Below are positions 23,610 through 31,528 of a stretch of 31,587 bases of DNA, piece by piece (positions within the stretch are counted from its first letter, which is position 1; each line of letters starts with the position of its first letter). Below the pieces are notes generated by a model. The model saw only the letters and a list, made by a program, of their open reading frames with translations. It was not told where the DNA came from and ran no database searches. The position numbers and the translations under genes were made by a program. Location: the IMG/VR virus record IMGVR_UViG_3300032212_000111, positions 1 to 31,587 of that record. One strand, 5' to 3'. Source of the DNA: a virus. Lineage: Duplodnaviria > Caudoviricetes.

Positions 23610-24374
23610 CTATTCGTACTTAGCGCCAGGTGGCCCCGTTATTTCATCCGATACCGTTCCACCGGTACTAATTGGATTGATAGGGTCTGGTGCTGCACTT
23701 GTTGCCTTGGTTTGCGTTGGGGCAGACAATTGCGCGGAGATTTGGCCTAGCTTCATAGCCGCCGATACAGGCGACATATTCACTATTTCATCAGCAACGT
23801 CTAAATGCTTTCCGAGATAATAAGCCAGTTCCGGCCCTTTCTCGTGCTGCATAACGGCATCAAGCGTATCTTGTGGCAAGGTTGGCACGGATGCCACTAC
23901 TTGATCAAAATCAGGTGCTTTTTCTCGTAAAGCGGTGGCTTTCTGCTGAAAGGTGTTGACCGCCTCTTGTGACTTCTGCGCCTGTACTTGTTGCTGTTGT
24001 TGTTGCTGAATTTCAGCCGCTTTCTGGTTGACCTTGTAATCAATCATCGCCGCCATGTGCGCCGATTCATCATAGTCAAAATCTTCCAGCTTTGGCTCGC
24101 CGGTTGCCGCTTGAGTTGGCGCTGGTTGATTAGCCCGCAATTGGTCTAATTCAGCCTGTGCCGCATCCGCTCTGCGTTTCTCTGCGTATTTATCAGCCGT
24201 TATTTTGTTGATTCTGGCTTGGACTTTATCGCTTTCAGTTTCGACAAATTCCCCGCCCTCATCGGTTGCCGGTGCTGGATCGGCTTGAGTATTTGCCTCT
24301 GCATCGGTTGTGTCTGCTGTTGCGTTCACATCGTCAGTAGATGGCGTTTGCTCATCAAGTGCAGCTTCGCTCAT
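23610..24374 (-). CDS. Scaffolding protein
   Basis: Acidic N-terminus, VQARINKIT, PKLEDFDYD, GPELAYYLGKH and APDPINP; lies between portal and coat. Confidence 0.85.
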   Translation of the reverse strand: MSEAALDEQTPSTDDVNATADTTDAEANTQADPAPATDEGGEFVETESDKVQARINKITADKYAEKRRADAAQAELDQLRANQPAPTQAATGEPKLEDFDYDESAHMAAMIDYKVNQKAAEIQQQQQQQVQAQKSQEAVNTFQQKATALREKAPDFDQVVASVPTLPQDTLDAVMQHEKGPELAYYLGKHLDVADEIVNMSPVSAAMKLGQISAQLSAPTQTKATSAAPDPINPISTGGTVSDEITGPPGAKYE

Positions 24375-24442
24375 GGTTTACCTGTGCCTTTCGGCGCATG
24401 GAATAGGTTTCCAAGTGACCTGCCCTAAATTCTAGGGCGATT
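24375..24442 (-). promoter_or_regulatory. Structured scaffold-gene leader (putative translational operator)
   Basis: GCCCUAGAAUUUAGGGC hairpin; ACCU...UGCGCC-GAAA-GGCAC-AGGU stem encloses the SD. Confidence 0.5.
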
Positions 24443-24453
24443 AATAAAACTTG

Positions 24454-26577
24454 TCAAACTTGCGGGATTTGCCCGCCCTGAATCATTGCAGCAATATCTG
24501 CCGCCTGCTCACTGTTTGGCTCATCATCTCGGATCATGGCCTGCGATTCAGCTACAATATCGCCTTGCGTAACCACCAGCGTTCTCTGTGCCTCTGATAG
24601 CGGAATACCCATATCAAGCTGTTTTTGTAGCGTTGTCAGCAATTCATTGTATGCCGATACCGTTTCGCTCTGTGTTTTTACTAGCGTTTCTTGCGTCTTA
24701 GCGTCTTGTAGCTGCGTATCTACTTCCAGTTTACGAGTCTGTGCATTGACGTTATCGGTTAATGCGATGGCTTGCGGGTCTGGTTGCTGCTGTTGATCAA
24801 GGCCTAATTCCTGTATTTCTTCATCGGTTGGATCAGCAATACCTTTTTGTATCATTACCTTTCTAGCCCGTTTCACAAACTCATCACCATCGACCAGATT
24901 AAGGTTTTTAGCAATCAAGTCCGGCGTTATTTCTGCAAACAAATCAGAGCCGTTTGATAATTCAATTAGTTGCTGTGCTGATTCATCGCGCTGTGTACTG
25001 AATGCTGGGCCGGTTTCGATTGATACTGCGTAGCGGCCTTGTGATAGGCTATTAACAAATATCTCTTTGCCGGTTTGCTTATCCTTAACAACCTGACCAA
25101 GCGCATCTTTCTCCATCCCGTTAATCATTACCGTTTCGGCTTTTCCGTCGATGCCTTCTATCTGGATTTCTTGCTCGGTGTCCATGATCTTAGGGATTAG
25201 ATCAACCAATATCTCGCCGGTAAATCTAAGGGCTTTTTCGTGGTTGTCCTGATAAATATATGAGCTAATATCGCCTTTTTCAGCTTGTGTTCTGATTGAT
25301 TTCTCAGACAATAACTGCGGGGCGTTACCCATAGCCGGTGGATACATGCTTGTAGTGGCGTGTATATCATCAACGGATTGTCGCGCAATCTCGATGCCTG
25401 CCGCTGATACCGATGGCGCGCCCGACCTTGATGGTGGCCCTGGATGCGCTGGGTCTGCGGTGTACAACATAAAGGCTTGATTCTTTTTCGGAAAATCCTC
25501 TAATTGCTTTTGATGCGCTGCGGCCATCTTAGTGGTTAGCCAGTATGGGTCTTTCGGGGTTAGGGAATACGCCTCAATGTCAGTAGACCTTGCATAGTTA
25601 AATGCTCGGTTTGCATCTTTGGCAAATCTGACAATGCCGCGTGTAAATCGCTTGCCCTCAATAGTGATTTGCTCGCCATAATCAGGCACTAGCGGGATAT
25701 GTTTACCCGCCCATTCCATCGGACCTTCTAGTATTTCAGCCCCGTTCATCTTGTACATTTCTACTTTATGGCTTTTAACCTTGCGGCGCTTGACCTCTGT
25801 AATACCTTGCTCCGATAGCTCATCAAGCGCATCGCCATCGGTTTCAACGTCAATTACACTGCCATTACTTAGCAATACAATCTCTTTATCTACAGGCGTT
25901 TTAAGCCAATACTCGGCTATTCTTACCTTGCCTTCATTAAACCAGCCCTTACAGTAGTCGGCATGATAAATTGTATCTGTAAAATCCGTCATACTCGCAT
26001 CAGGGTATGATTCTTTAAATTCTTCTTCTGATACGTCAGTTATTAAAAATTGATGCCCTGCATCGCTACCGTCAATCTCGGTCGAGGCAATATCAATGTA
26101 ATGGGATGATGATGCTGATACGATAGGCTTAATGCAGATATTTTGATCAAACGATTCATCTTGATATTCAGTCAGAACGCGCCAGCCACCATAACCACCG
26201 GCTGTTTTTTCATCAAATGAATTATCGTAGGAATTGGATGCTTTTGAGTATTTTTCAATCTTGCGGATAATGCCACCAAACACATCGGCGGTCTTGTCGC
26301 TTGCCCCATCGCCATCAGGGGTGATCTTGATGCGGCTGCGGTTTTGCTTGTGTTCGCCGGTTATCTGCTTAATTACACCAATAACGCGGTTAAATGTGAA
26401 TCGCGGCCTATCGCCGCGTTTCTCAGTCCATTCCTCTGACCACTGCCCATCCTCTGCATGAGCAAAGCGTAAATCTTCAATGGCTAGCTTGCGTTGATCG
26501 CGCTCATAGTCGTCAATGGCTTTAAATCGTTTTAATGCAAGCTGGTGTATATCTTTTAGGTCGTCAGTCATTTCCAT
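24454..26577 (-). CDS. Portal protein (P22 gp1 family)
   Basis: 707 aa; EDLRFA...GQW, RPRFTFN, VRIAEYW, GKHIPLVP.YG, GIVRFAKD and GPAFSTQRDE motifs. Confidence 0.92.
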   Translation of the reverse strand: MEMTDDLKDIHQLALKRFKAIDDYERDQRKLAIEDLRFAHAEDGQWSEEWTEKRGDRPRFTFNRVIGVIKQITGEHKQNRSRIKITPDGDGASDKTADVFGGIIRKIEKYSKASNSYDNSFDEKTAGGYGGWRVLTEYQDESFDQNICIKPIVSASSSHYIDIASTEIDGSDAGHQFLITDVSEEEFKESYPDASMTDFTDTIYHADYCKGWFNEGKVRIAEYWLKTPVDKEIVLLSNGSVIDVETDGDALDELSEQGITEVKRRKVKSHKVEMYKMNGAEILEGPMEWAGKHIPLVPDYGEQITIEGKRFTRGIVRFAKDANRAFNYARSTDIEAYSLTPKDPYWLTTKMAAAHQKQLEDFPKKNQAFMLYTADPAHPGPPSRSGAPSVSAAGIEIARQSVDDIHATTSMYPPAMGNAPQLLSEKSIRTQAEKGDISSYIYQDNHEKALRFTGEILVDLIPKIMDTEQEIQIEGIDGKAETVMINGMEKDALGQVVKDKQTGKEIFVNSLSQGRYAVSIETGPAFSTQRDESAQQLIELSNGSDLFAEITPDLIAKNLNLVDGDEFVKRARKVMIQKGIADPTDEEIQELGLDQQQQPDPQAIALTDNVNAQTRKLEVDTQLQDAKTQETLVKTQSETVSAYNELLTTLQKQLDMGIPLSEAQRTLVVTQGDIVAESQAMIRDDEPNSEQAADIAAMIQGGQIPQV

Positions 26578-28049
26578 TAAAATTCACTCGCAAAACTAAG
26601 CGTCACTGATTCGCTTATCTCAGGGATAATCATGCTCATAGCCAAGGAATCGGCTAGGTTTGGGGATGCTATCTTATGTTTATTCAACATTTCATCCTTG
26701 CTCATAATCTGTATCAACCCGTTGCCGTTTGGCTTTTTGGGTATTCTGCATACCTCAGATCGCAATTGATCCATGCAAGATATATCAGATGATAAGCTAA
26801 TCATGGTGTCAGGGTCAATATACTCTTTTTTCACAATAGCGCGATAGGTGTTATAGAACCGGTCACGAAGCCGCCAATAATACTGTGCGCGCTTATTTCT
26901 AAATGTTTGCTTGTTGGTTCGTGCGTCTTTTTGCACAAGCCCGTTATCAGGCTGGTATATGTCATCGGGGTTTTCTGCTGCCTCTGAGCCTTTAAACATT
27001 TCAAACTCGATATGCTTACCAGTGAAGGCTTGTGATACCTGGCGGCGCAATGTCACGCCAAGCCCGTCACAATCCCACACAAACAAATCAGCGTTATTAT
27101 CTATTGCATAGTCGGTAGCCCAATCACAGCCATCGTTTACATCGCCATCAATCTTCTCTTGCACATCTAAAACTACCGATCCATGCCGCATTGCCAGCCC
27201 TTTGCTGTCTGGGCCTAAGTCGGACGGGTCATGCGATACCACCTTTTGACCGACCGGATCAAAGCCTAGTTTTTCATGGGCATCAATGGCGGCGTTAAAC
27301 CAATCAACAGGGATAATAGAATTGGGTATTGAATCAGAATATGCGCCGTTCCATTTGTGGTCATATTCTGCTGTGGTCATGTGCTTTAAATCATCAAGCC
27401 GCTCTTGAACAAGGCCAGATTCTTCAAACCAGGGATTCTCGTCATAATTAACTTGGACGATCATAATCATGTCATCTTCATAATAACCACAGCGCATCAA
27501 CTCTTTTTCTGCACGAGCCAAGAATTTTTTTGATATGGGGTCTGCCGTTGATCCTCGGTTTAGGGTTATCCAGATTTCAGGTATAACAGCCTCTTGCCCT
27601 GTTTCCCTTGCTTGCTGCACCTCTTTTGCTGATATTCGTATTGATGCGGTTAATATCTTGATGGTTTGCTCAGATAAGCTCTCGCCTTCCTCAATCCATA
27701 ACCCATTCGCATTAATGCCTTTTAAGCTGGTTATGTTTCTGGCAAGCCCTCTGTAAAACGCTCGACCACCGCTGGCATGGGGTATTTCTGTTTTTAGTGG
27801 CTCGAAGCCTGAAAATCCACATCGGTCTATTTCATCAAGTAATAATGAATGAACCGAGTCCTCTATGGAGTTTTGATATTCTCTTGAGCAGCACCATGTC
27901 ATACCGCGCTGTACTTGAGATAAAACATAATCTGCCACGAATGTGGACTTGGTTGATGCTCGGCCACCGACCAGCATCTTTATTCGCTTAGGCTTTGATA
28001 TTAATACGCCTAGCTTATCAACGCATTCAATCTTTAGTTGTGCCGACAA
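26577..28049 (-). CDS. terL: Terminase large subunit (Sf6/PBSX-type, headful)
   Basis: Walker A GGRASTKS, Walker B WIEEGE, VNYDENPWF, nuclease HDPSD.G.D and SPNLADSL. Confidence 0.92.
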   Translation of the reverse strand: MSAQLKIECVDKLGVLISKPKRIKMLVGGRASTKSTFVADYVLSQVQRGMTWCCSREYQNSIEDSVHSLLLDEIDRCGFSGFEPLKTEIPHASGGRAFYRGLARNITSLKGINANGLWIEEGESLSEQTIKILTASIRISAKEVQQARETGQEAVIPEIWITLNRGSTADPISKKFLARAEKELMRCGYYEDDMIMIVQVNYDENPWFEESGLVQERLDDLKHMTTAEYDHKWNGAYSDSIPNSIIPVDWFNAAIDAHEKLGFDPVGQKVVSHDPSDLGPDSKGLAMRHGSVVLDVQEKIDGDVNDGCDWATDYAIDNNADLFVWDCDGLGVTLRRQVSQAFTGKHIEFEMFKGSEAAENPDDIYQPDNGLVQKDARTNKQTFRNKRAQYYWRLRDRFYNTYRAIVKKEYIDPDTMISLSSDISCMDQLRSEVCRIPKKPNGNGLIQIMSKDEMLNKHKIASPNLADSLAMSMIIPEISESVTLSFASEF

Positions 28050-28410
28050 AGGTTACATCCTGCATTTGTAGTGCGCCGCCATCTTTGCCAGTGATTTCTT
28101 GTTGTTGTTTGTCAGAATAGCCGTGCTTGCCTAATGCCAGCTTAACAATGGCAGAATTCATGTTATTACTTAGCCCACCATTAAACAAAGCGCGCTCTTG
28201 CATAATCATTAATTCATCTAATATAGCCGAAAATTCTTTTTTATTTTCATCCTTAGCCCAATCGTATGCACAAGTCTTTGATATTCCTAGAAATAGAAAA
28301 AGACCTACGTGGGACGGAATAACATCACCTAGATCTTGATAGCCGTCAATATACTCTCTGCATTTATCTAAAAGCGGCTTTCCGTATTTTGTCGGCCTGC
28401 CTGCTGTCAC
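28027..28410 (-). CDS. terS: Terminase small subunit (P22 gp3/Sf6 gp1-like)
   Basis: GRPTKY...PS..GL..FLGIS....YDW...EFS...QE..L..GGL...EITGKDGG; immediately upstream of terL. Confidence 0.85.
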   Translation of the reverse strand: MTAGRPTKYGKPLLDKCREYIDGYQDLGDVIPSHVGLFLFLGISKTCAYDWAKDENKKEFSAILDELMIMQERALFNGGLSNNMNSAIVKLALGKHGYSDKQQQEITGKDGGALQMQDVTFVGTTKD

Positions 28411-28529
28411 TGTCTCGCCTTAAATTCTTTTTTTAAGTATCTGTAATATTTATCAGTCACAGATTTTTCCATGCCTTTGGTTTGGTGTCTGGCGAATGAT
28501 CTTAGCATTTTGCAGGTTTTCTGATTCAT
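28407..28529 (-). CDS. 40-aa basic protein
   Basis: MNQKTCKMLRSFARHQTKGMEKSVTDKYYRYLKKEFKARQ*; ATGA and GTGA overlaps on both sides. Confidence 0.55.
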   Translation of the reverse strand: MNQKTCKMLRSFARHQTKGMEKSVTDKYYRYLKKEFKARQ

Positions 28530-28714
28530 GCAATCAAAGCCTTGGCTGTAGGGTGCAATTCTTGATCATAAATTGCCTCGATAGGGCAATACCACAGATT
28601 GTCATCGCCACAAGCGATAACGGGTAAATTCAACGGGGCAATAATCCAGCCTTTGTCGAATGGCTGTACTTCGCTTGCCTTGTAGCCCCAAAATTGAGGA
28701 TCGAATGCACACAT
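28526..28714 (-). CDS. Hypothetical protein
   Basis: 62-aa ORF in operon orientation; weak SD. Confidence 0.45.
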   Translation of the reverse strand: MCAFDPQFWGYKASEVQPFDKGWIIAPLNLPVIACGDDNLWYCPIEAIYDQELHPTAKALIA

Positions 28715-28752
28715 AATCTGTTTCTACTAGGTATCATGCGTTTATTGTAGCA

Positions 28753-28914
28753 CTATTGGCTGATAATCCAAATAGATGAATAAAAATAGCCTAATGCTGT
28801 GGCGATGCACATTGGAATAGACCAGAACCTAAAGCCATCCTCAAAGGCTGCGCCAAGAAGCCAGCAGGCAGGCCACAACATACCAACAACGATTAATCCT
28901 TTTACAATTTCCAT
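28753..28914 (-). CDS. 53-aa two-TM membrane protein
   Basis: MEIVKGLIVVGMLWPACWLLGAAF...FWSIPMCIATALGYFYSSIWII; AGGAG SD. Confidence 0.6.
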   Translation of the reverse strand: MEIVKGLIVVGMLWPACWLLGAAFEDGFRFWSIPMCIATALGYFYSSIWIISQ

Positions 28915-28925
28915 ATAAGTTTCTC

Positions 28926-29033
28926 CTAATTTAAACAAATAAGCATATACGAGGCCAATGCCAGCCCTGCGGCAAATGCAGCGCCGTACACAAAGCCGCA
29001 TAATAATGCGTTTGTTATTTCTTTTTTATTCAT
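28926..29033 (-). CDS. 35-aa single-TM peptide
   Basis: MNKKEITNALLCGFVYGAAFAAGLALASYMLICLN*; ATGA overlap. Confidence 0.5.
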   Translation of the reverse strand: MNKKEITNALLCGFVYGAAFAAGLALASYMLICLN

Positions 29034-29323
29034 TTCAAATCACCATCATCATAACGCCGCATATTGGTTAATATAATTAAGTGCTGAAAATGCTCTGACC
29101 TGTCCCATTTGGTTTCCCACATAGGATTGTCACTGCCCTCTGTGAACATTTGATCGCATTCGTGGCAAAGCTCAGCCGATGCTATGTCGTGGCACTTAAT
29201 CCCTCGGCCTTTACCGTATCGGTGCTGCCTCGGGCCATTGTAGTGACAAGCATACGCATCAGACGCGCCGCAATTTATACAGGTTTTACCCTTTGCGCTT
29301 TTAGTTATTTTTGATTGTTTCAT
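29030..29323 (-). CDS. DUF1364/YbcO-like zinc-binding putative nuclease (nin region)
   Basis: SAKGKTCINC...ACH...GKGRGIK.HD...A.LCHECD. Confidence 0.65.
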   Translation of the reverse strand: MKQSKITKSAKGKTCINCGASDAYACHYNGPRQHRYGKGRGIKCHDIASAELCHECDQMFTEGSDNPMWETKWDRSEHFQHLIILTNMRRYDDGDLK

Positions 29324-29667
29324 GTATTAATACTCTCAGCCCGCATATCCTGCCTATCTTCATATTGGCGTGATAATCTCATGCGGATTTCAAAACTAAT
29401 GGCATCGTATTGCGCCCTAGCCATGATTAGATTGCCCTTGATATTGCCCATTTTTTCAATGTGGGCTATGTACTCAGGGTCTATTCTGCTTTTACGGTTA
29501 GCCTCTGCCAAGCTATCGCCTACGTGTTTGGCTGATAATGTTGCCAGAATTACATGCCTTGAATGCTCGGCTATAACCCATTCCCGTTCAAGTTCAGCCT
29601 TTTTCTGGCCTCGCTTGTATAAGACGCTGGTTAATTCCTCATCACGTAGTTTGTTTATATCAGTCAT
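29320..29667 (-). CDS. Helical/coiled-coil hypothetical phage protein
   Basis: 115 aa; S.AEA.RK.R.DPEY motif; coupled to neighbours. Confidence 0.7.
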   Translation of the reverse strand: MTDINKLRDEELTSVLYKRGQKKAELEREWVIAEHSRHVILATLSAKHVGDSLAEANRKSRIDPEYIAHIEKMGNIKGNLIMARAQYDAISFEIRMRLSRQYEDRQDMRAESINT

Positions 29668-29810
29668 CCTAACCCCTTATTCTTTGCCACCGCATCTGCA
29701 TGGCTAATTAGCCTTTTCTTATATTCTTCTGGTGCGGCTTTGATTATGTTCCACATAGCGCGTTTTGTTTGGCATTTTGAGATTTCAGCCTGTATTTGTG
29801 GTGCGTTCAT
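29664..29810 (-). CDS. 48-aa hypothetical protein
   Basis: MNAPQIQAEISKCQTKRAMWNIIKAAPEEYKKRLISHADAVAKNKGLG*; TAATG and ATGA overlaps. Confidence 0.6.
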   Translation of the reverse strand: MNAPQIQAEISKCQTKRAMWNIIKAAPEEYKKRLISHADAVAKNKGLG

Positions 29811-30118
29811 TAAAACGCTAACTCTCTAAGCATCATCTTAGCCCGAAGGCGTACAGGGGTTACGGTTCTACCGGTGACAGAGCATTTTTTAGGTTCGCAT
29901 TCCTCAAGGTAGCCCAGACCATAATCGGGGTCGTCTGATTTCATTTTATTAACGCGGCCTGATACGTTGCCAAGCTCAAGGCCGGTAGCTTCTGAGATTT
30001 CTCGCAGCGTATATTCACCGCCATCGCGTACCGCGTGCAGAATCATGCTGACCCGATCTGCATTCTTTCCGGTTTGCTCGTTGTCATTATGGGCTGCTTT
30101 TGATGTGGCTCTTACCAT
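29810..30118 (-). CDS. Winged-helix DNA-binding protein
   Basis: YTLREISEATGLELGNVSGRVNKM...KCSVTGR; AGGGG SD. Confidence 0.7.
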   Translation of the reverse strand: MVRATSKAAHNDNEQTGKNADRVSMILHAVRDGGEYTLREISEATGLELGNVSGRVNKMKSDDPDYGLGYLEECEPKKCSVTGRTVTPVRLRAKMMLRELAF

Positions 30119-30119
30119 T

Positions 30120-30275
30120 TTATTTCCCCTCTTTTAGTCGATATTTTTTTAATGCAATAGCAATGCCGGTAGTCATTGAAGGCTGGCCGGTGACTTCTAT
30201 CGCAATTCTTACCGCCTTTTCTCGCAGGCTTTGTTCCAGCTTTACGCCTGTATATGTTTTATTTTCTTTTTTCAT
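30120..30275 (-). CDS. 51-aa ribbon-helix-helix (Arc/CopG-like) regulator
   Basis: MKKENKTYTGVKLEQSLREKAVRIAIEVTGQPSMTTGIAIALKKYRLKEGK*; beta strand with alternating residues, then two helices; not in the ORF track. Confidence 0.55.
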   Translation of the reverse strand: MKKENKTYTGVKLEQSLREKAVRIAIEVTGQPSMTTGIAIALKKYRLKEGK

Positions 30276-30284
30276 AGTAAATTT

Positions 30285-30313
30285 ACTTTAAAGCATGTTT
30301 AAACGAAATGCAA
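30285..30313 (-). promoter_or_regulatory. Possible promoter TTGCAT-17-TAAAGT with palindromic operator-like sites
   Basis: TTTAAA-N5-TTTAAA and AGTAAATTTACT palindromes overlap the spacer, -10 and +1. Confidence 0.45.
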
Positions 30314-30314
30314 T

Positions 30315-30755
30315 CTATTTCCAGCTCATTGTTAAAATACTTTCTTTAGGCATCGGATAGGCTTTTTTGCTGTGTTCCGTGATAACTGGCGGTGATGGGG
30401 CTTGTTTTTTAGGCTTTGGCTTGTATTGGGCTTTTTGTGGATCGACTAATATACCCTTTTTTAGCTGTTCTTCTGCGTGTTTTTTGTATGCTTGGCTACA
30501 CCAGAATGAGCCGCCTTCTAAGTTGATAATCGTCGGGTGATGTGTGAATAGCGACTTATATCCATTAGGATTAGGAATATAAACCTCGGCCACTATTATA
30601 TGTGTTCGTTTTTGAGATGGCTTGCCGTTTAATATTATCCTTGTTGTCAGATTTCCAGTGCTTGCCACATAGTTTTTAAGATATACATTTTCCCAGCAGT
30701 CATAAACGCGACCAGTTTTTGTTACCCTGTAGCGATCTCTATAATTCGGGGTCAT
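30315..30755 (-). CDS. NUMOD4-like protein with a degenerate HNH domain
   Basis: YRVTKTGRVY...LK......G..T..I..NGK....THIIVAEVYIPNPNG, but no 'VNH.DG...NN...NL' follows. Confidence 0.6.
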   Translation of the reverse strand: MTPNYRDRYRVTKTGRVYDCWENVYLKNYVASTGNLTTRIILNGKPSQKRTHIIVAEVYIPNPNGYKSLFTHHPTIINLEGGSFWCSQAYKKHAEEQLKKGILVDPQKAQYKPKPKKQAPSPPVITEHSKKAYPMPKESILTMSWK

Positions 30756-31240
30756 AGGTTTTCTCCATGATTTTTATGGAATCCGTGTTCTTTTTCGGCG
30801 GCTTTTCGGCATATTATGGCTTCGCTTAATTCTTCAAACGATCCCAATGTTATATTTCTTCCATTGACCGTTATTTGTGAAACCCACCTGCCTCTGTATT
30901 TTATTACGCCCATCACGCCAGATTTGTTGTTTTTGTGAGCGCATCTATTTCTCTGATTTTGCGATCCAGTAACATCCCGCAAATTTGCCCACCTATTATC
31001 TGTTTTCTGGTGATTTATGTGGTCAACCTGGTTTTTAGGCCAACTGCCAGTCATATATAAAAAAGCAAGCCGGTGCGCCCGGTATCTTTTTCTGTCAATT
31101 CCGGCCGTGATATAGCCCTTGGAATCAATGGCAGTTATTTCTTGCCCGCGATAAACCCTCGCATAAGATATTTTTCTTACAAAAATTCCCGTTTCGGGAT
31201 TGTATTCCAATAATTCTTTTAGCCTTGCTTGTGTGAGCAT
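30752..31240 (-). CDS. Free-standing HNH homing endonuclease (HNH_3 plus AP2-like domain)
   Basis: MLTQARLKELLEYNPETG...AHRLAFLYMTG..P..VDHINH.KTDNRWANLR...NNKSGVMGV; GGAGAGG SD before ATG 31240. Confidence 0.9.
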   Translation of the reverse strand: MLTQARLKELLEYNPETGIFVRKISYARVYRGQEITAIDSKGYITAGIDRKRYRAHRLAFLYMTGSWPKNQVDHINHQKTDNRWANLRDVTGSQNQRNRCAHKNNKSGVMGVIKYRGRWVSQITVNGRNITLGSFEELSEAIICRKAAEKEHGFHKNHGENL

Positions 31241-31273
31241 TTGATCCTCTCCGTCTTGAGTCGTCATTTAGGG

Positions 31274-31325
31274 TGCTGCCTACTGGGTGACGAAACCCAG
31301 CCCGCCTTGCAAAGCGGTGGCAGCA
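31274..31325 (-). ncRNA. Three-way-junction leader RNA (CI/c4-like) upstream of HNH
   Basis: UGCUGCC/GGCAGCA closes two hairpins: CCGCUU-UGCA-AGGCGG and CUGGGU-UUCGUC-ACCCAG. Confidence 0.55.
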
Positions 31326-31330
31326 AAATC

Positions 31331-31339
31331 ATTATAACA
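31331..31339 (-). promoter_or_regulatory. Extended -10 promoter (TGTTATAAT)
   Basis: Perfect TGn-TATAAT; +1 would fall at the start of the three-way-junction RNA. Confidence 0.7.
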
Positions 31340-31354
31340 AATTACTCCTGGCTT

Positions 31355-31528
31355 TCACAATCCACCCCCATTACTGTAGACCATAAACGCCTTTGAGAGC
31401 GGTATCACTCTTACCCGATAACCTTGATCTCTTAACTCATCAGCAAAATCATTAGCCGCGCCCAATAAATCAAACTCGCCATGTATTAGCCATTGGAGGC
31501 CGTGCTGGTGTATCACATTAGCTGCCAT
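31355..31528 (-). CDS. 57-aa hypothetical protein
   Basis: MAANVIHQHGLQWLIHGEFDLLGAANDFADELRDQGYRVRVIPLSKAFMVYSNGGGL*; AGGGG SD; overlaps the stop of the junction-spanning gene. Confidence 0.55.
   Translation of the reverse strand: MAANVIHQHGLQWLIHGEFDLLGAANDFADELRDQGYRVRVIPLSKAFMVYSNGGGL

Noticed and set aside
23985-24010. (TGT/TGC)n microsatellite
   Set aside because: Encodes the poly-Gln stretch of the scaffold; length changes would stay in frame.
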